The translations under genes and the position numbers were made by a program. From contig JAAOMT010000430.1 in the NCBI GenBank assembly GCA_016748015.1, forward strand, positions 90,232 through 154,231: DNA of 64,000 nt. The letters run 5' to 3'. Positions 1 through 14,889 of this stretch are shown here, piece after piece; position 1 is the first letter of the stretch; each line of letters begins with the position of its first letter. The notes beneath the pieces are model-generated. The model searched no databases. It saw nothing but the letters and a program-made list of their open reading frames with translations, and was not told the DNA's origin. Origin of the DNA: Geosiphon pyriformis uo1. Lineage: Eukaryota; Fungi; Glomeromycota.

Positions 1-3000
1 AAACATCGAAACATATAATATCGAAGATTTTTGTCTGTCTTTCTGAAGTTGTTTTTCAAAAGCTTTATATCTTCTATATTTTATTAAATCTTTTATATGT
101 TTGAATTGTATTTTATATAACAAGTTTTGTCTAAAAACAAAACTTTTTTTATAAATTTTTTATATTAGAAAAAAGAAATATTTTAGCAATTATGTATTTA
201 AATATTTTTTTTATTTTATTGCCAATTTTCTATTTTTCATAATAGTTTTCATGGATTGATAATAAAATATACTTTAATTTCATCTTTTATTATTATTTAT
301 TTTCGACATTTTAAATAATTTTTTATTTAATATTTATAAAGTGTTAAAAATATATCTATATGTTTTAATTAAAAAATATTTATTCATGTTGAATAAAAAT
401 ATGTTTGTTTTGGAATTGAGATAACTTTATTTATAATCGGTTTAATGCTTTACTAATTAATATTATAAATATTACAATGATTAATAACCAATTAAGTTTT
501 TTATAATAGTTTATATTAATTTTACAAGATAAAAAATTTATTATTCAATATTTTGTTGATTATAAATAGTTTTTTCTAATAAATTGAAAGTTTATTACCA
601 AAAGCATTGTCTTAATATAATTAATATTCAAAACTAAGTTATTAATACTAAAAAAAGTGTTTTATATGTTTTTTTTTCTTGAGTTTTTTTTAAAATAGGT
701 TTTTTTCATAAGCAATTATTTATGCTTTTACTAGAAAGTTTAGAATTGTTTTAAGTTTTTATTGCAAAAATTTTTTGTAGTTAAGTTTTATTAATTTTTT
801 GAATAATATTGTTTTAATATTAGTTTTAATAGGTAATATTGTTATACATTTATAAAGTATATAAAAATTTTATAAGCAATTATATTTAATTTATTATTTA
901 ATAAACAAAAAATGCTAAAAGTAAAACTTTAATCTATATGTTAGTATTTTACAGAATGTTTGATTAAAATATTTTATTAATTTATTTGTTTAATAATAAT
1001 AATAGAAAGAAAATTTGTAATATACTCTAAGTTTTTTTAAAAGTTTTTCTATTAATAAGTTAAAAAAGCTCTTTTTTTTATTTAAAAATAATTCTTAGAA
1101 ATATTTATGTATATATATAATTTTTTGTATATAAAATTGGCAATTAAAATAGTTGTTTATTTTGGTATTGTTCTGGCTTTTACTTATTTTATTAAGTAGT
1201 TTATTGTTATTATTATTTATTCTAATTTTATCAAAAAGTTAATTAACAGAAATCAAATAAATATTTTTTTTAATTGGATTTTTTTCGCTAATAAATATGA
1301 CAAATTTTTATGGATTTTATTATGGATTTTTTAAGATTAGTTAATAATATTTTGTTAATATATTTTAAAATATTCTTTTATAAAATTAATATATATTTTA
1401 ATATTATAATTTCTTTTTTTTTTATTAAATAACTCTTTGGAATTAGATAAGATCTTTTTGGTTTCTTTAATATAATTGGTTCAATAAATCAAATAAAAAT
1501 TTAATTGTTTTTGCAAATGTTCTTCTTATTATTAAATTATATTTTAATAAATATTGTTTCTTATCCAAAAATTTTGCTAAGTACTAAATAATTTTTTAAG
1601 TTGATTATTATGTTTGATTTTATTAATATTTAATTTAATTAGTTAATATTAATATGTTTTTCTTATTAAATAACCAATTAAAATAAAGTGTTTATATTTT
1701 GATTGCTTATTTTTTTATAATATTTGATTTTATAATTATATTTATTTAAATATATAATTTATTCAAAAATATTTTTGTAGTCCAGTTTCTTTTTACTTTT
1801 TAATTAAAAAAAGTTTAATAATTAATATAAATAATAAATTGCTTTCAAAGAAATATTTATATTAGTAAACAGTAAACTATACTATAATTAAGCAATTTTT
1901 TTTCAATAATAATGTAATTTTTTAAGCTTGTTATTATATATAATAATATGGTTTTTTTATTTTTTGTAACTAAAAAGACATTAAAAATATCAGTGTAAAA
2001 AATTATTTTAATATTAATTTAGAAATAAGCTTTTACTCAAAAGTTTTAAATGTTTTTTGTTAAAAGTATATCAATAATAATAATGTTTTTTCTGAGAAAC
2101 TAATTAAGTAAATGCGTAATTTTAAAATTTTTTTTTATAAATTTTCATAATTAAAGGCTAGTACAAAAAAAAATTATAATTTTGTAATGTTTATTAATTG
2201 TCTAAGCTTTTGCACTTTTTTTTACTTTGGCTAAAATCTAAAAAGATTTCATATTTAATAATAAAATGTCTTAAAAACTAAATAAATTATTATTTAAAAA
2301 ATGATTTAATTGGGTTTACCTTAAGTTTGGCATTTCTAAAAAAGTTAAAAACTTGTTAAAAGTGATCTAAATATTTTTTATATGTTTTTGAATACTGAAA
2401 CTAACTTTTAATAAACTGATTTGAACATTTTATTTATTATTTCTAAAATGTAATTAAACATTTTTAATTTAAAAAACATTATTATAAACTTATAAGTTTT
2501 ATATTTTATAATAAAAACAGTTTTTTTTATTGGCAAGATTTATTTTTATTTATTAAAATTAAGCAATTAAATTAATTGTTGTAAAATAAACTAAGTTTTT
2601 ATTTTAGTTAGTATTTTCAAGAAACTATTAAATAATTAGTTAAACAGCTTTACCAATTGTTTTTAAGTAAACTAAGTAATAAAAAATTTTTGAAAATATC
2701 TTTCAATTATTTAGAATTTGTAATTATTATCATATTGGTTTGTGATAACAGTTTTTTTAAAGTTTTTATGCTATAATATTAAGTTCTAAAAAAAATTTTC
2801 AAACCAAAAAATTTATATTTTGGTAACCTAAAATAGTTTAAATGTTTTAAAATATCTGCTTTTGTAAAGATTATAACAGATGTTAGAATTTAGAATAAAA
2901 AGTCTAAATTATTTAAAAAAAGTTTAAAAATAGAAGCTGTTATTTTTTGTTTTTTGTTTTTAAATAAATTTTAATTATTAATAAACAGCTATTCAATTGT

Positions 3001-4400
3001 GAATTTTTTAATTTAGGACTTCGAATTCAAAAAGAAGTTATTAAAAGTAATTGAAAATATTAATTAATAAATATAATTGTTTCTTGTTTTAAATTTTTTC
3101 TTAAAATATGCTTGATCAAAAAAGTAAACAGTAAATGTTAAATAAGTTTTGGCTGAATAATTAATCAAAAACTATTAAAAAGAGTTGTTATTAAATTTTA
3201 AGAAATATTAATTTAAAACATAGAATTTTAGTAGTTGCATTATTTTTTATTTAAAGTATAAATTATTTTTCTATTTTTAGATTTCTTTAATTTTTTTTGA
3301 AAAGAATAGTAAATAAAATATCTATGAAATTAATCTTGTAGATTAAATTTAATTTACTTTATTAGTTGAATATTCTTTTAATCATATTTTTTGTTATATA
3401 ATTATTTGTTTTTTTGTATTATTTATCTGTATATTACTTTGATTCATAATTGTAGTTGTAAATTAATTAAAAAACTTTATCAAAAAACAAATATAAATTG
3501 TATAAATTATATTGTAAAAATAAATAAACTAATTAAGTACAGATGAATTAATAAAGCTTAGTACAATAAAAAAAAGTTTTTACTTATTTCTATATTAAAA
3601 TTTTTAAATATTAGCATTTTTTTTTAAAGCAGCTTAATTTAAAGTTGCTACACTTAAATAATTACCAATAGTAGAATTATTAAATTTAATTTAATAAAAG
3701 CTAGAAAAGCAAGTGATTTTTAAAATTACTAAAAAAATCTGATTTTTATCTATTTTAATGCTAATATTTTCTTTTTAAATTACAAAAAGCAATAGTTTTT
3801 TTACAATAATTTTTTGTTCATTTGTTAAAAATTAATTAAAAACTTGCTTTAAGTCATTGAAAATTTTATTGAATAATGATAAGTTTTATACTTAATAATA
3901 ACTTTTTAATAATTCGTTTTATTAGAATATTAAATCACTATACCAATAAGTAATAATGGCAACTTTTTTAGTAAACTAAATATAATGAAAATATAAAAAA
4001 CTTAATAAAGTATTAAAACCTAATTTAGATAAAATTTTTACAGAAAAAAGTAAATAATTTTTAATAGTTTTAACATTAGTTATTTTAAATTTTAAAAAAC
4101 AATTTTTTATCTTGTTTTTTTTTTAAATAATACTTTTAATTGTGCTATTATTTTATATTTTATAATAAATAAGGCTTATATCATATTTTTATTTAGCATA
4201 AATATAATTTTATATTAAACATGTTATATTTTTAAGTAACAAGTTTGCTTTAATTTATCTTAAGAATTTATTGTTGTAATGTAGTTTAAAAATACAACAA
4301 AAATTAGTTAATAAACTTGGAAATATAAACCATATTAAACCAAAGTCTTACCAAACACATTAATTGATTTTTTAACCATTTTTATTTCATGAAATAAAAT
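1..4400. other. Extremely AT-rich eroded sequence, probably an old TE relic; no decodable product
   Basis: No ORFs in the track and almost no CpG; texture matches the decodable LINE/Ty3 relics elsewhere in the window, but I could not recover a motif. Confidence 0.3.
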
Positions 4401-4409
4401 GGTTAGTTT

Positions 4410-5945
4410 GTTTGGTATTGTTGCAGCAGACCTTATTTTTATATAATTATAAAAAAATACTTTTATTAATTTAAACAAAATACAAAAGTAATCTAATTTT
4501 CTTTTTATTTTAAATTGAATTAAAATTTAAGTTAATGTAATTTATTCAGTTTATATTAATTAAATGTTGTTAATAAATTTCATTTGTTAAGTTTTGAAGT
4601 TAAACAAATAAAAATTAAAAAAAATATCTTATTATAAAAAATAACATTTAATTGTTTTTGATCGATACTGGAAAAAAATAATGTGTGATTGTCGATTTTT
4701 GAAAAATTAGTAATTTTTAAAATACATTAAGAATTTACATACATCAAAAACATTTTTTCTTAATTTTTACTTTTAGCTAATTTTTATTATAAATAATATT
4801 TCAAAAAAAAATATATATATTTATATTACTTTTAATGGGCTATTGTCAATATATATCAATAAAATATCAATTATAAATAATCTAAAGTATTATTTTCATT
4901 GAGAATCGTTGGTTTTTCTTCTTTTTAAATTATTAAAAAGTTTTATATTATTTTCAATAATTATAAATATGGGGCTACATAAAATAAATAAATAGTTAAT
5001 TTTTGGTGCGTCTTGAAAAATATTTGTGATACAAAAAAAAATAGATTTTTGGTGCTGAGAATTAAATTAAAACCAAAAGGCAAAAAAACGTAAACGTAAA
5101 CGTCTAAAGAATTTTAATGAAATTATTCGTCTTTAATTTGAATTACATTAATACAACAAAAATTATATAAATATCTTTGAAAATTTTTGGATATATTCAA
5201 ATAACCTAAAAAATTTTGATTATTTGGTTTAAGTTAGCATAATCAAAATTTTGAACATCATTTAATGATAAATATAAATTAGATTAATAGATTACATTAA
5301 TAAAATTAAAAGTATATCAAAAACTTTTCCAGAATAAAATACGTAATTTGTATTTGTGACAAAATAAATTAAGATTAATTATTTATTTTACGCATAATTT
5401 TTTAAATATTCTAATATAACAAAAAAAAAGTATTTTACTATTTGTTTAAAAATTATAAATATTTTTATTATATTAAGAATAACAATTTTACTTTAGCCTT
5501 GGTGGCTTAATATATACGTGATTGGTCAATTAGCATAAAATGTTTCACAGTCGAAATAAATTTTTTATGTATCACTTTTCCAAACGATGAGCAGCAAAAG
5601 GAAAACCGTTGAAGGCGAAGCTAGTACTTTTGCGGTAGTCGGCGCTGATTCGACTATAGAAAATAAAAGAAAGAAAATAGATGAGAACCAGGATTTTATA
5701 ATCACCGACGTTAATACATGTGATGCATCTAACCCAAGCAGAATTCCCCTGAAATCAGAACTAACTCAAGGTAAAGTAGACTTGGTACGAGTATTGTTTT
5801 TTGGAGAATCATTCATTGTCATCTATAAAAAAATAGCTTTCCTAGGCCTTGACTTTCATGTTGGTGAATCTGCCCAAGAAGTTGTGGACAAAGAGAAACT
5901 TAAGACTCCAGGTCAAAATGTTACTTCAACTACCACAAACAAAGA
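4410..5945 (+). repeat. Duplicated segment (upstream region plus 5' part of the Crinkler-like gene), copy 1; second copy at ~34105-35740
   Basis: Collinear similarity, e.g. tttggtattgttgcagcagacc (~4411) vs tttggtattattgcaacagatc (~34108); gtgattggtcaattagcataaaatgtttcacagtcgaaata occurs in both; ORFs MSSKRKTVEG vs MSSKRKTIEW. Confidence 0.9.
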
Positions 5946-7795
5946 AGTCAAGAAGTGGATTCCGCAACAAGTTATTGAGTTTCTTGAGAAAAAAAAGCTG
6001 ATCTAAGCCTTATAAAAGAAGGTCTCGATATAATCGAGACTAACAGGATTGCCGGTCAAGACTTCCTGTTGTTAACCAAAGAAGAACTTATGCGATACGG
6101 CTTAAAAGGAGGACCAGCAACGAGAATTGCTCTTTTGGTTGAAAAACTTAAAGGCGAAGAGCAAGGTAATTAGTGAGCGAATAATGCAACCATTTGTTGA
6201 ACACGTCATGCACTTTTTTTTGTATACGTTGACTAACTTGTGCTTTTGCTCCTATTGTTTCTTCATCGCTACCGAACAAGCAAAAAAATGCATTGATGGT
6301 AAGTTAGAAAGTATATTAAGAGACATATATTTTTGAATTTGCATGTCTAATTAGCTTTTTTCCAACACAGATTCTAACTTGTACTTTCAGACTAAAGAAA
6401 TGCTCAATACAAAACCACCTTATATTATAGGAAAGTCGGACTTATTTACTTGGCTACAGCGGCCACCTATGAAACCGATCCAAGTTTACCCATCGCTTTA
6501 CGAACAATTCTTTATGGGAAGACTCCCTTCGGATTATTTGAATAAAAATTTTTGTGAGCTCAGAAAATCCTTCCCTAGAAGTGTGGAACAAATTTATCCT
6601 ACACATTGCTCTTCCACCGTTTGTCGGCACCACCGATAATTCATTCATTGCATTTTGGGATGCGCTTATTGTTAAGCCATTTATTATCGGATAACGGGTG
6701 GGTAAATATAGCCGAAACGCGTCTTTACATACTTCCACCAGAAAATTACGGCCTGACCTTTCCTATTCTGTATCGGATGCTTGTCTCGTGAGAGGAGAGG
6801 AAGAGGGTCTTTATACTGAGGGTAATCCAGCGAAGAAACTAACTGAAAAGTTAATATGGACGTGACAATGTCCTTACATTTTTGGATATTATGCACGCGC
6901 CACCACAGTGACATATTCCTATTTGTATTTGGAAGGAGAACAGGTTGTGCGAAAAGATTCGTTCACTTGTGAACTGAATGAGCTAGAGGGACGCATAAAG
7001 GCTTTTATTATCGGAGTTAACATGGGTCGATTATTACCTCTACTTTGCCAAACCGTTCCACAATATTTTCAGCGAGAATTTGTCATCCTTCCCCAGTCAA
7101 ATGGCAAGGTAGTTGGATTAATGCAAAATGTCGTCGTGAAACGTTACCGCTCGACACAGTCTGTTGTATATATCTGAGCTATTTACAATGACATGTCCAA
7201 CCACAAAGTTCCTTTCATTTATCAGCTAGAGCACGTCAACGAGGATGAAACTGGAGCGCCGTTCGTAATTCTTTCACCAAAGGGTATGGTATATAAACCA
7301 GAATCAAAGAAACAACTAATCAAAGCGTTATGTTGTGTTTTAACCGCTCTTAAGGTATCCATTGCTTTCATTTGATTTATCTCAGAAACGTAGGTATTTT
7401 ATGACTAAAACATTCATTCCTAGGCTCTTCACAAAATAAAGATCATGCATCGTGATATCCGTTGGGAGAATGTGTTAAAATTGATCGATCGAGATAAGTG
7501 GCTCATAATCGACTTTGATGACGCGTTTTATACCACTTCAGCTGCTTCCGGCGCACACTTCGCTGAAGAGAACCATGCACCCGAGATTTTCCAAGACGGT
7601 TATAACGAGAGCGTCGACATATGGTCCGTCGAATACCTGATTCTGACGGCCTCTGTGCAACTTCAAGAATTTGATGAATTGAAAGTCTATGCAAGAAAGT
7701 TGTCGGCAAGAAATAAACTTGATAGACCAACAGCGGAAGAGGCTCTACAGTGGCTTTGGAGCGAATATTATGATATTCTTAGGGAGGAGTTTTAG
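5587..7795 (+). pseudogene. Crinkler (CRN)-type effector: SAM-like domain + PD-(D/E)xK REase-like domain + kinase domain; spliced and disrupted
   Basis: Reconstructed frames: SAM-like NRIAGQDFLLLTKEELMRYGLKGGPATRI (~6040-6130); REase-like SFIAFWDALI...RNASLHTSTRKLRPDL...CLVRGEE...KLIW..PYIFGYY (~6640-6900); kinase MHRDIRWENV...IIDFDD...HAPEI...VDIWS...RPTAEEAL (7445-7795). GT-AG introns at ~5771-5836, ~6166-6280, ~6299-6370, ~7355-7423. Frameshifts at ~5990 and ~6600; in-frame stops at ~6692, ~6863, ~7175. Confidence 0.85.
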
Positions 7796-8599
7796 AAGAG
7801 GAAGCATAAATTCAAAATGGGTCTAATAATCTTTCGGATGAGCATTAATCATTTACCGAGATTATATTGTAATGATTGCAAAGTAATCTTGAATATTGTC
7901 AAAGAGATGAGACGAATTCTTTTCTAAAGAGTATATTAATTGATTCACATCAAATATTCTGATCGTTGGATAATGTGTTATTGGATTTACATCAGCTTAA
8001 CATTCTTAATATATTAGTTCTAGTGATTGGTTTGTTTTAGCTAAAATAAAATTCTTAAGATTTATTATTGAAAATTTGCTTAAAACCATATTATTACAAT
8101 AACCCAATATTTAATTTTTTAGAGAGGAATTATAAAGTTAATTAAGAAAAAAATTATTTTTTATTTTATATTTTTTCCAAATGGCAAAAGTAATTTCCAA
8201 GAAAGTATGAAAATATAAAAATTTACATAATAATTTGAAAATTGATTAAATGCTATATTGAAAGTTTGCTGGAATATTTTAAAACTTTACAAAAATATTC
8301 AAAATTTATAGTATCTTAACACCTGAAATATATATATTTTTGCTTGAAAATATTAAAAACAAATATTTTTTTGAAATTTATTATATTGCATTTAATTAAT
8401 AAAAATATTTCTTAATAAAATTTGATATTTAAACCACAAAAAAGAGTCAAGTAACCAAAAAAAATTTTAGTGTTTAACAACTTTTTTATTTAAAAACTGA
8501 CAGCTGTAAACAGCTTTAATAATAATATATATAATAGCAAAATTAAAAAAGAACTAATACAAGCTTAAAAAGAGATATTTTGATGCAAAAAAACAAGAA

Positions 8600-9700
8600 A
8601 GATGATAAAACGTTAAGAGTTCTAATGACTTTGTTAATTTCTCTTGGAAAAGATTTTGGTTTTAAAAAGTAAAACATTAAAAAATATTATATTAAGAAAA
8701 CCAGTTTTAATTTAGATAATAATAATAAAATTTACATGGTTCAAAAAATAATATTCTAAAATAAATTTAAACTTAACACATAAAAATTAGAAATTTAGGC
8801 AAATTAAACTTTGAAAATAGAAATTAAAATATAGATTCTTATTAATTTTACTCAAAGTTGCTAATGTTTTTTACAAAAAAAAAAATTGAAATTACTGTTA
8901 AAAAATTCTTTACTCTGAATATTAATTTGTTAACAATAAAAAAAGTTTGTAAAAAAAATCGCAAATAGCTGAAAAATTATTTTAGCAAATAGTTTTTTTT
9001 TCAAAATTTTATGAAATTATAAAAATATTATTTATATTAGAATTTAACAAAAAAATTGACTGAAAAAATAATGTAATTACAAATACTAATCTGAAACCTG
9101 TAAATTCATACAAAGATTGAGAAATAATTGTTAAAAATGGCTATATAATTGGTTTTTTAAATTTAGTCAAGTTGTGTTAATCAAACTGTAGTTTATTGTT
9201 TTTGGCAAAAAATTGTTGTTGAGTTTATTAAAATAGGCCAAAATAAATTGGTGGCTTTTAAATAGTTTGTTTTAATTAAAAAAATACTATATATATTACT
9301 AAAATTAATATAAACAAGACTTTTTAACGAAAAAAAACAAATATTAAGTTTTGTTTATTATTTTAATCATAAACACAGGTGCTTATATTTTCTGAAAATT
9401 TTTAGAGTTAGTTAAAAAATAATTGTTTTTTAAAAAGAAATTTATTATTTATATAAGAATTAAATATGCAACTGTTTATTTTAATTCAAAAAAAAAGCTC
9501 GGAAAATGCTGTGATTAGATATTTGCTTTGAATAATATTAATACTTTATTAACTTAAATCGAACTTATTTTACTTAAATATTCAATTTGCAATTAATTTG
9601 GTTATATTTTTTTGAAATATAATTCTACTGAAAAAAAAATTTTTGGTTTTAAAAAGGTTTTACTTGATATTTTGTAATTGTTTTTTTATTGGATTTTGGA
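8600..9700 (+). mobile_element. Highly degenerate non-LTR (LINE) retrotransposon ORF1 relic
   Basis: Residual peptides KFFTLNINLLTI (~8903), SKFYEIIKILFILEF (~9001), NTNLKPVNSYKD*EIIVK (~9082) and FWQKIVVEF (~9200) follow the order of the RRM-like ORF1 of Glomeromycotina LINEs as I recall it; many stops. Confidence 0.55.
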
Positions 9701-11039
9701 TAAATAATGATAATTTGTAATTATGTAAAATAATTATATTTATTTAACCATCATAATTAGCAATTTTTATAAGTACTTGTAAATTATATTTAATAATAAT
9801 TTATTTTGTTTAAAATTGGTGAAACTCAAATTACTGAAAATTTAATTTTTTGTTTAATCTGCTTATAAATAAAAAATTACATATATTTTTACATTTAATT
9901 TTTGTTTTTTTAAATTCAATGATAAAGCATTATTAGATATTAAAAAAAACCTAATATCATAATGCGTTGTTTTAGTGCTTTGAGTTTTTTCATTGAAAAT
10001 TATATTAAATAATATTTTGATATTGAACCGTATTTATAAGAAAAACTTTAATTAAATAATAATTTTATTAATAAAATATATTTTATTTTATTATAACAAT
10101 TACTAATTTAAGAAATTTTGGGATTCTTTATTAATTTGTCATTAATAAGAAAAAACTTTCAAATTAACTAAAATAAATCTTTAAAATAAATACAATTTTA
10201 CATAATAAAGCTTTAATATTAATGAACTTATTTATTTTACATAATAAATTATTATTATTTAATTATTAATTAACAATATAATATATTATTATTAAATATT
10301 ACACATAATTTTGATATTATACAAATATTATACATGTTAAAATAAATTAATAATATAATTTGTTTTGTGTTTAAAATTATGTTAATATTATAAAGCTATT
10401 CTTAAATATAATTATGACTGAAACAAAGAATCTTAAAATTTTTAACAGCAAACTAATAACCAAGCTATTTTTTACAACTCTTTTTATATATTGTTTAAAT
10501 GGCCATAAAAACCAGAAAAAAATATTTTTTGTGTTTTTTAGAGTGCTACTTTTATTTTAAAGTCTGATTATTCTTTTGTAAGAATTATAACATTAGTTTT
10601 ATCTAGTTTTTTTGGTGTTTATATTAATTCTGTTACAATTATATCAATTGTAATACTTAATTTAAATTTAGTTATAAACAATATCTTTTTTATTTAAATA
10701 ATAATAATAATAAATAACATATCTGTTAATAATAAGTTAATTATTAAAAATTAAGACTAGTTTTATATTTTTTATATAAAATTTAATGCTTAAAAAATGT
10801 AATATCATTATTTGTTATTTTAATTATTTAAATAATTAATATTATTTTTTAGTTGATTATTTTTCTAATCTTAATTTTAATTAAATAATTAATATATTAA
10901 CCACTACTTATCTATATATAACATAACTTAAGATTTTATGACTGATACACTGAGCTATTCTACACGTTCAAGAGTAAATCTAATATAAAAGATATTTATT
11001 TTGTAATTAATCTAGCCATTTAAAAAGGTAGCATCTTAT

Positions 11040-11560
11040 TAAGGGCTCAGATTTTTTATTGCAGTAAATATTACTAATTAAATAAATATCATGTTTTTTC
11101 TTTATAAGCATATTATTCTAAATATTTTCATGCCAGTTAATTCTTGAGTTTAAGAATGCAGGATATCTTGTTTTTCCTGCCTTTCCTGTCCAATAAATGT
11201 TAATAAATTTTATATTAGTTTGTTCAAACTTGATGCAAACTATAATGTTCATGTCACAAAAATCTCCATCCACAAAACTGAATTCCTGGAATTTTTGCAT
11301 AGCATCCTCAACTGCACTTTTTGTTAATTGAACTGTTTTTGAGTCGAGATGAATCAGTGTTTTATATTTTTCTAAATACTCTATAACGATAATTTTCTAT
11401 CTTTTTTTAAGTTGATTCATTGCTAATAATTTAAGAGCTGAACCAAATTTAAAGCATTTTTTATGTGCAGCTTCAGAATATTCTTGGATAAATTTAATCA
11501 GAACCTTTTTTTGCTGATTTTCTATCTGTATTTCTGTAATTTATAGATAGTAGATGCTTA
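11040..11560 (-). pseudogene. Fungal (Crinkler-associated type) protein kinase fragment
   Basis: VLIKFIQEYSEAAHKKC...FVDGDFCDMNIIV...INIYWTGKAGKTRYPAFLNSRINWH is a decayed HGDLRxxNI / DFDWAGxxGxxRYPxxLN kinase signature. Confidence 0.65.
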
Positions 11561-11643
11561 AAAATTTTATTTGATATGTTGATATTTACTGTGATCATAC
11601 ATGGTTTTATTCAAGGTAAAAATATGTGTAAAGTGATTAGACA

Positions 11644-12081
11644 TGATGAAAGAGACACAAACAACACCAGAGATTGATATATTGGGTCCTATATTAAGTT
11701 ATATTTAAAGTTAGAGAATACTTAGAATTAATAGTAGCAGAATATATACAAACAAACCATCTAGAACCTTCATATATCTTTGCTCATTTCCAGCTTTTTT
11801 TTCATCTTTTCAGCTCTTGTTTTTCTTCTATCTATATTGCCCTTTTATGATTGTTTTTTTATATTCTGTTAATTTGCTTATTCTGCAATTCACTTAATCT
11901 ACTTGCCTTCTTACTCTCCCTAAACTTCTTCAGCTTCTTCACATACCTTTAATACTGGGCCATAACTAGCTTTAGTTGATATTTGATAACTTCAACAATA
12001 GTCATAATGTTTTGTGCATTTTTTTATGGTTTGAAAAGATATTGTATTAATATCTGCTTAGTTTGTGTCAATAACATTTCA
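11644..12081. mobile_element. Possible solo LTR or small inserted element
   Basis: Less AT-rich ~440-bp block bounded by tga...tca, with subterminal inverted gacacaaac/gtttgtgtc; no TSD found. Confidence 0.25.
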
Positions 12082-14889
12082 GATTTTTATTTATTAGTAT
12101 AAATTTATGATTTAAGTAACAAAGTTACTATTTTTAAATTATATCAATAATAGCTGGTGCTAAGAGTTTAATCTTTGTGATATGTTCTGTATAATATAAT
12201 ATAATTGTTATTTTTAATAATTATTATATTGGACAATTTTTATTATATATTATTATTAATCTTAAACAAACATTGTATAATAAAATATTTACTATATTTA
12301 ATTTAATTTTTTTGCTATTGGTTTTTTTTGGAAATGCTTTATTAAATGTTATTTATTTATTTTCTTACAATATATAAACATTTTAAAATAATGCAAATCA
12401 TGCTTTTATTAAATATAACCAATCATTTGAGCCAAATAAAACAATATTACAAAAAAACTAAATTCCGAATTCTTAATTAATCATATTTAATATTTAAGAC
12501 ACTGTATGAGCTGATTTTTTTAGACAAAAATTATATTTATTTAAAATTTTCAAGCTAATTTTGTTAATATGCTTAATTGAATTAACATATATAAAATATA
12601 TCTTTAATAATCAAACTTTTTTGTTTATATTTTATTTTAAGCTTGGCTGTAAGAATTTATAGATTACTTTTAACTTATTATTAAAAATACTTAATCCAAT
12701 TTAATTATTTTGTTAAAACACTTAACCCAATTTAATTATTTTGTTAAAATACTTAAAAATTTGAATAGTAATTTTTCATACTAATTTTTAAAAACACATT
12801 ACTTGGTTAAAATCACATATTTTTTTTTTATTTAATATATTAACATTAATTTGCATATTTTTAAATTTGAAAATTACAGATCTTGATACTATGTATTAAC
12901 AATCAAACATTATACTTTTAAAAAAATTTATAATATTATACATATTTTTATTAATAACATAATATATTAAATAGTTATATTATAAGTTGTATTATATATA
13001 TCTTATTTACAATAATAATAATAATAGTATATTATGTAAAGTTTATAATTATTTTTATAATTTATACATAATTTTAAGTTTGTATCAAATATCAAAAGTA
13101 TAACAGATTTTTTCAATTAAGCAATTCTACTATACTTATAGCTTAAATATTTTGCTTTTTATTTTGTACATTATATATATCTTAAACACAATTTTATTAT
13201 TATAAAATATAATATCTTTAAACTTTTTACAAAAATCTTTTGTTTATAAATTACTTTTTGTATGAATGTTTTTAATTGTGATAAAAGATATATATATATA
13301 CATATAAGTTTATTTAAATGATTTTAAATACTGTTTTTTTAGCATAAATTTGAACTATAATCATTTACACATGTAATGCTATTAGAATTTGAAAATGAAC
13401 TATTAATTTTTATAATAGAATCTCCATTTTTTCGAGTTAAAGATTGAGGTTGAGATAGAAGTGAGAAATTTTTGCAGACAAATTATTATCAGTTTGAGAA
13501 CCATCCAAATCTTGAGGAATATTGTTAACTTCTCTTTCTTCAATGCTATTAATTGAAACTATTTAAAAGTTTAGAAATTTTTAATCCTTTTGTACAGTCT
13601 AAAATTTAGGAAGCAAATGGCACAAGTTTTTTTTTTGCGAATTTCTTATTTACTGTGGAATTGGAATCAAAAAAATGGGTAAAAAAACCAAGACCATGTT
13701 TGTTAAGAAAACAGGAAGTGTGAAAAATTGTTGTGTAAGACAAAGTATTTTTTAGATATTATAGTACATTTTCACTAAAATGAATTAGAATATATATATA
13801 TTTTTTTAATAAGTTCTAATTTTTTTTAGAATTAAGCAATAAGTTTAATAATATTTTGTTATTATGTTTTATCTGTATTTTTTAAGACTTTGCTCTTTTT
13901 CTAATCCCAAATTATTTAGTTTGTGTTGCAATTAGATATTTTTATATGAGACTTTATTTGGTTAAAAAGATAGTAAATCGGAAAATTACTGAATTTTTAT
14001 GTTTAATTTTGAATTAAAGATTACTTTTTAGAGGGTAGTGCAAAATTGCAATAAATTTATGGTTTTTTAACTATTTATTTTGATCTTATAAATTTCGATG
14101 GGGTCAAATTTTCATTTTCCCGGTTGGGAATATATGTTTTGGAGCAAGTTGGAATTAAGACCATCTTGGAATGTGATGTAAATTTTAAAATGGGAAGTAA
14201 AATACAAATTTCACTATTTGCTATTACTAATAATTGTAAGATAAAGCACAAAATGAATTGTCATGGAAAAATCAACAAATAAAAGGAAAATTAATAATTT
14301 GAATTAATACAAATATGATATAAAACTTATCTTTATTTTATTTACAACCAGACAAAGACATCAATAAAAGTTATGTAAATTTAATAAATTACTTTAATTC
14401 CAAAACGAAAGGCCAAATAAAATTGTGCTATGACAAAAGATTTTATTATTAATTTTTAATTTTCATTACAGCTAATATAAGAGTAAAAATCAAAAATTAA
14501 AACATAGATTGCTATGTTAAAGGTAGGAGCACAAAACATTTAAAGAATGGTTAGAAAGAAAAAATTTTTATTTCAAAATGGGTCTGGATGTTTATTAATT
14601 TTTTAAGAATTTTTAAATTTAAAACAATGAGCAATGATTTGCAATAATATTTCTCATCATTATTAACAAATATTGTTTGTTTATGATCTCTTGATGAAAA
14701 AATACAGTTGTCCAAAATTGATCCTCATAATACAAAATTTGAATTATATGTTTATGTTTCACAAAGAGTTTTTTGCTTGGAAAAAAATTACAAATTAATC
14801 CCAAATATATATGATAAGTTTCTAAAGCATCTTAATCAAAATTAAATTGAAAAAAATTTCTTTTAAAACTGAAACAATTTTTGAATATC

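Noticed and set aside
1-4400. LINE RT/RNase H assignment (e.g. minus-strand FYTD near 1995)
   Set aside because: Matches are too short to distinguish from chance.
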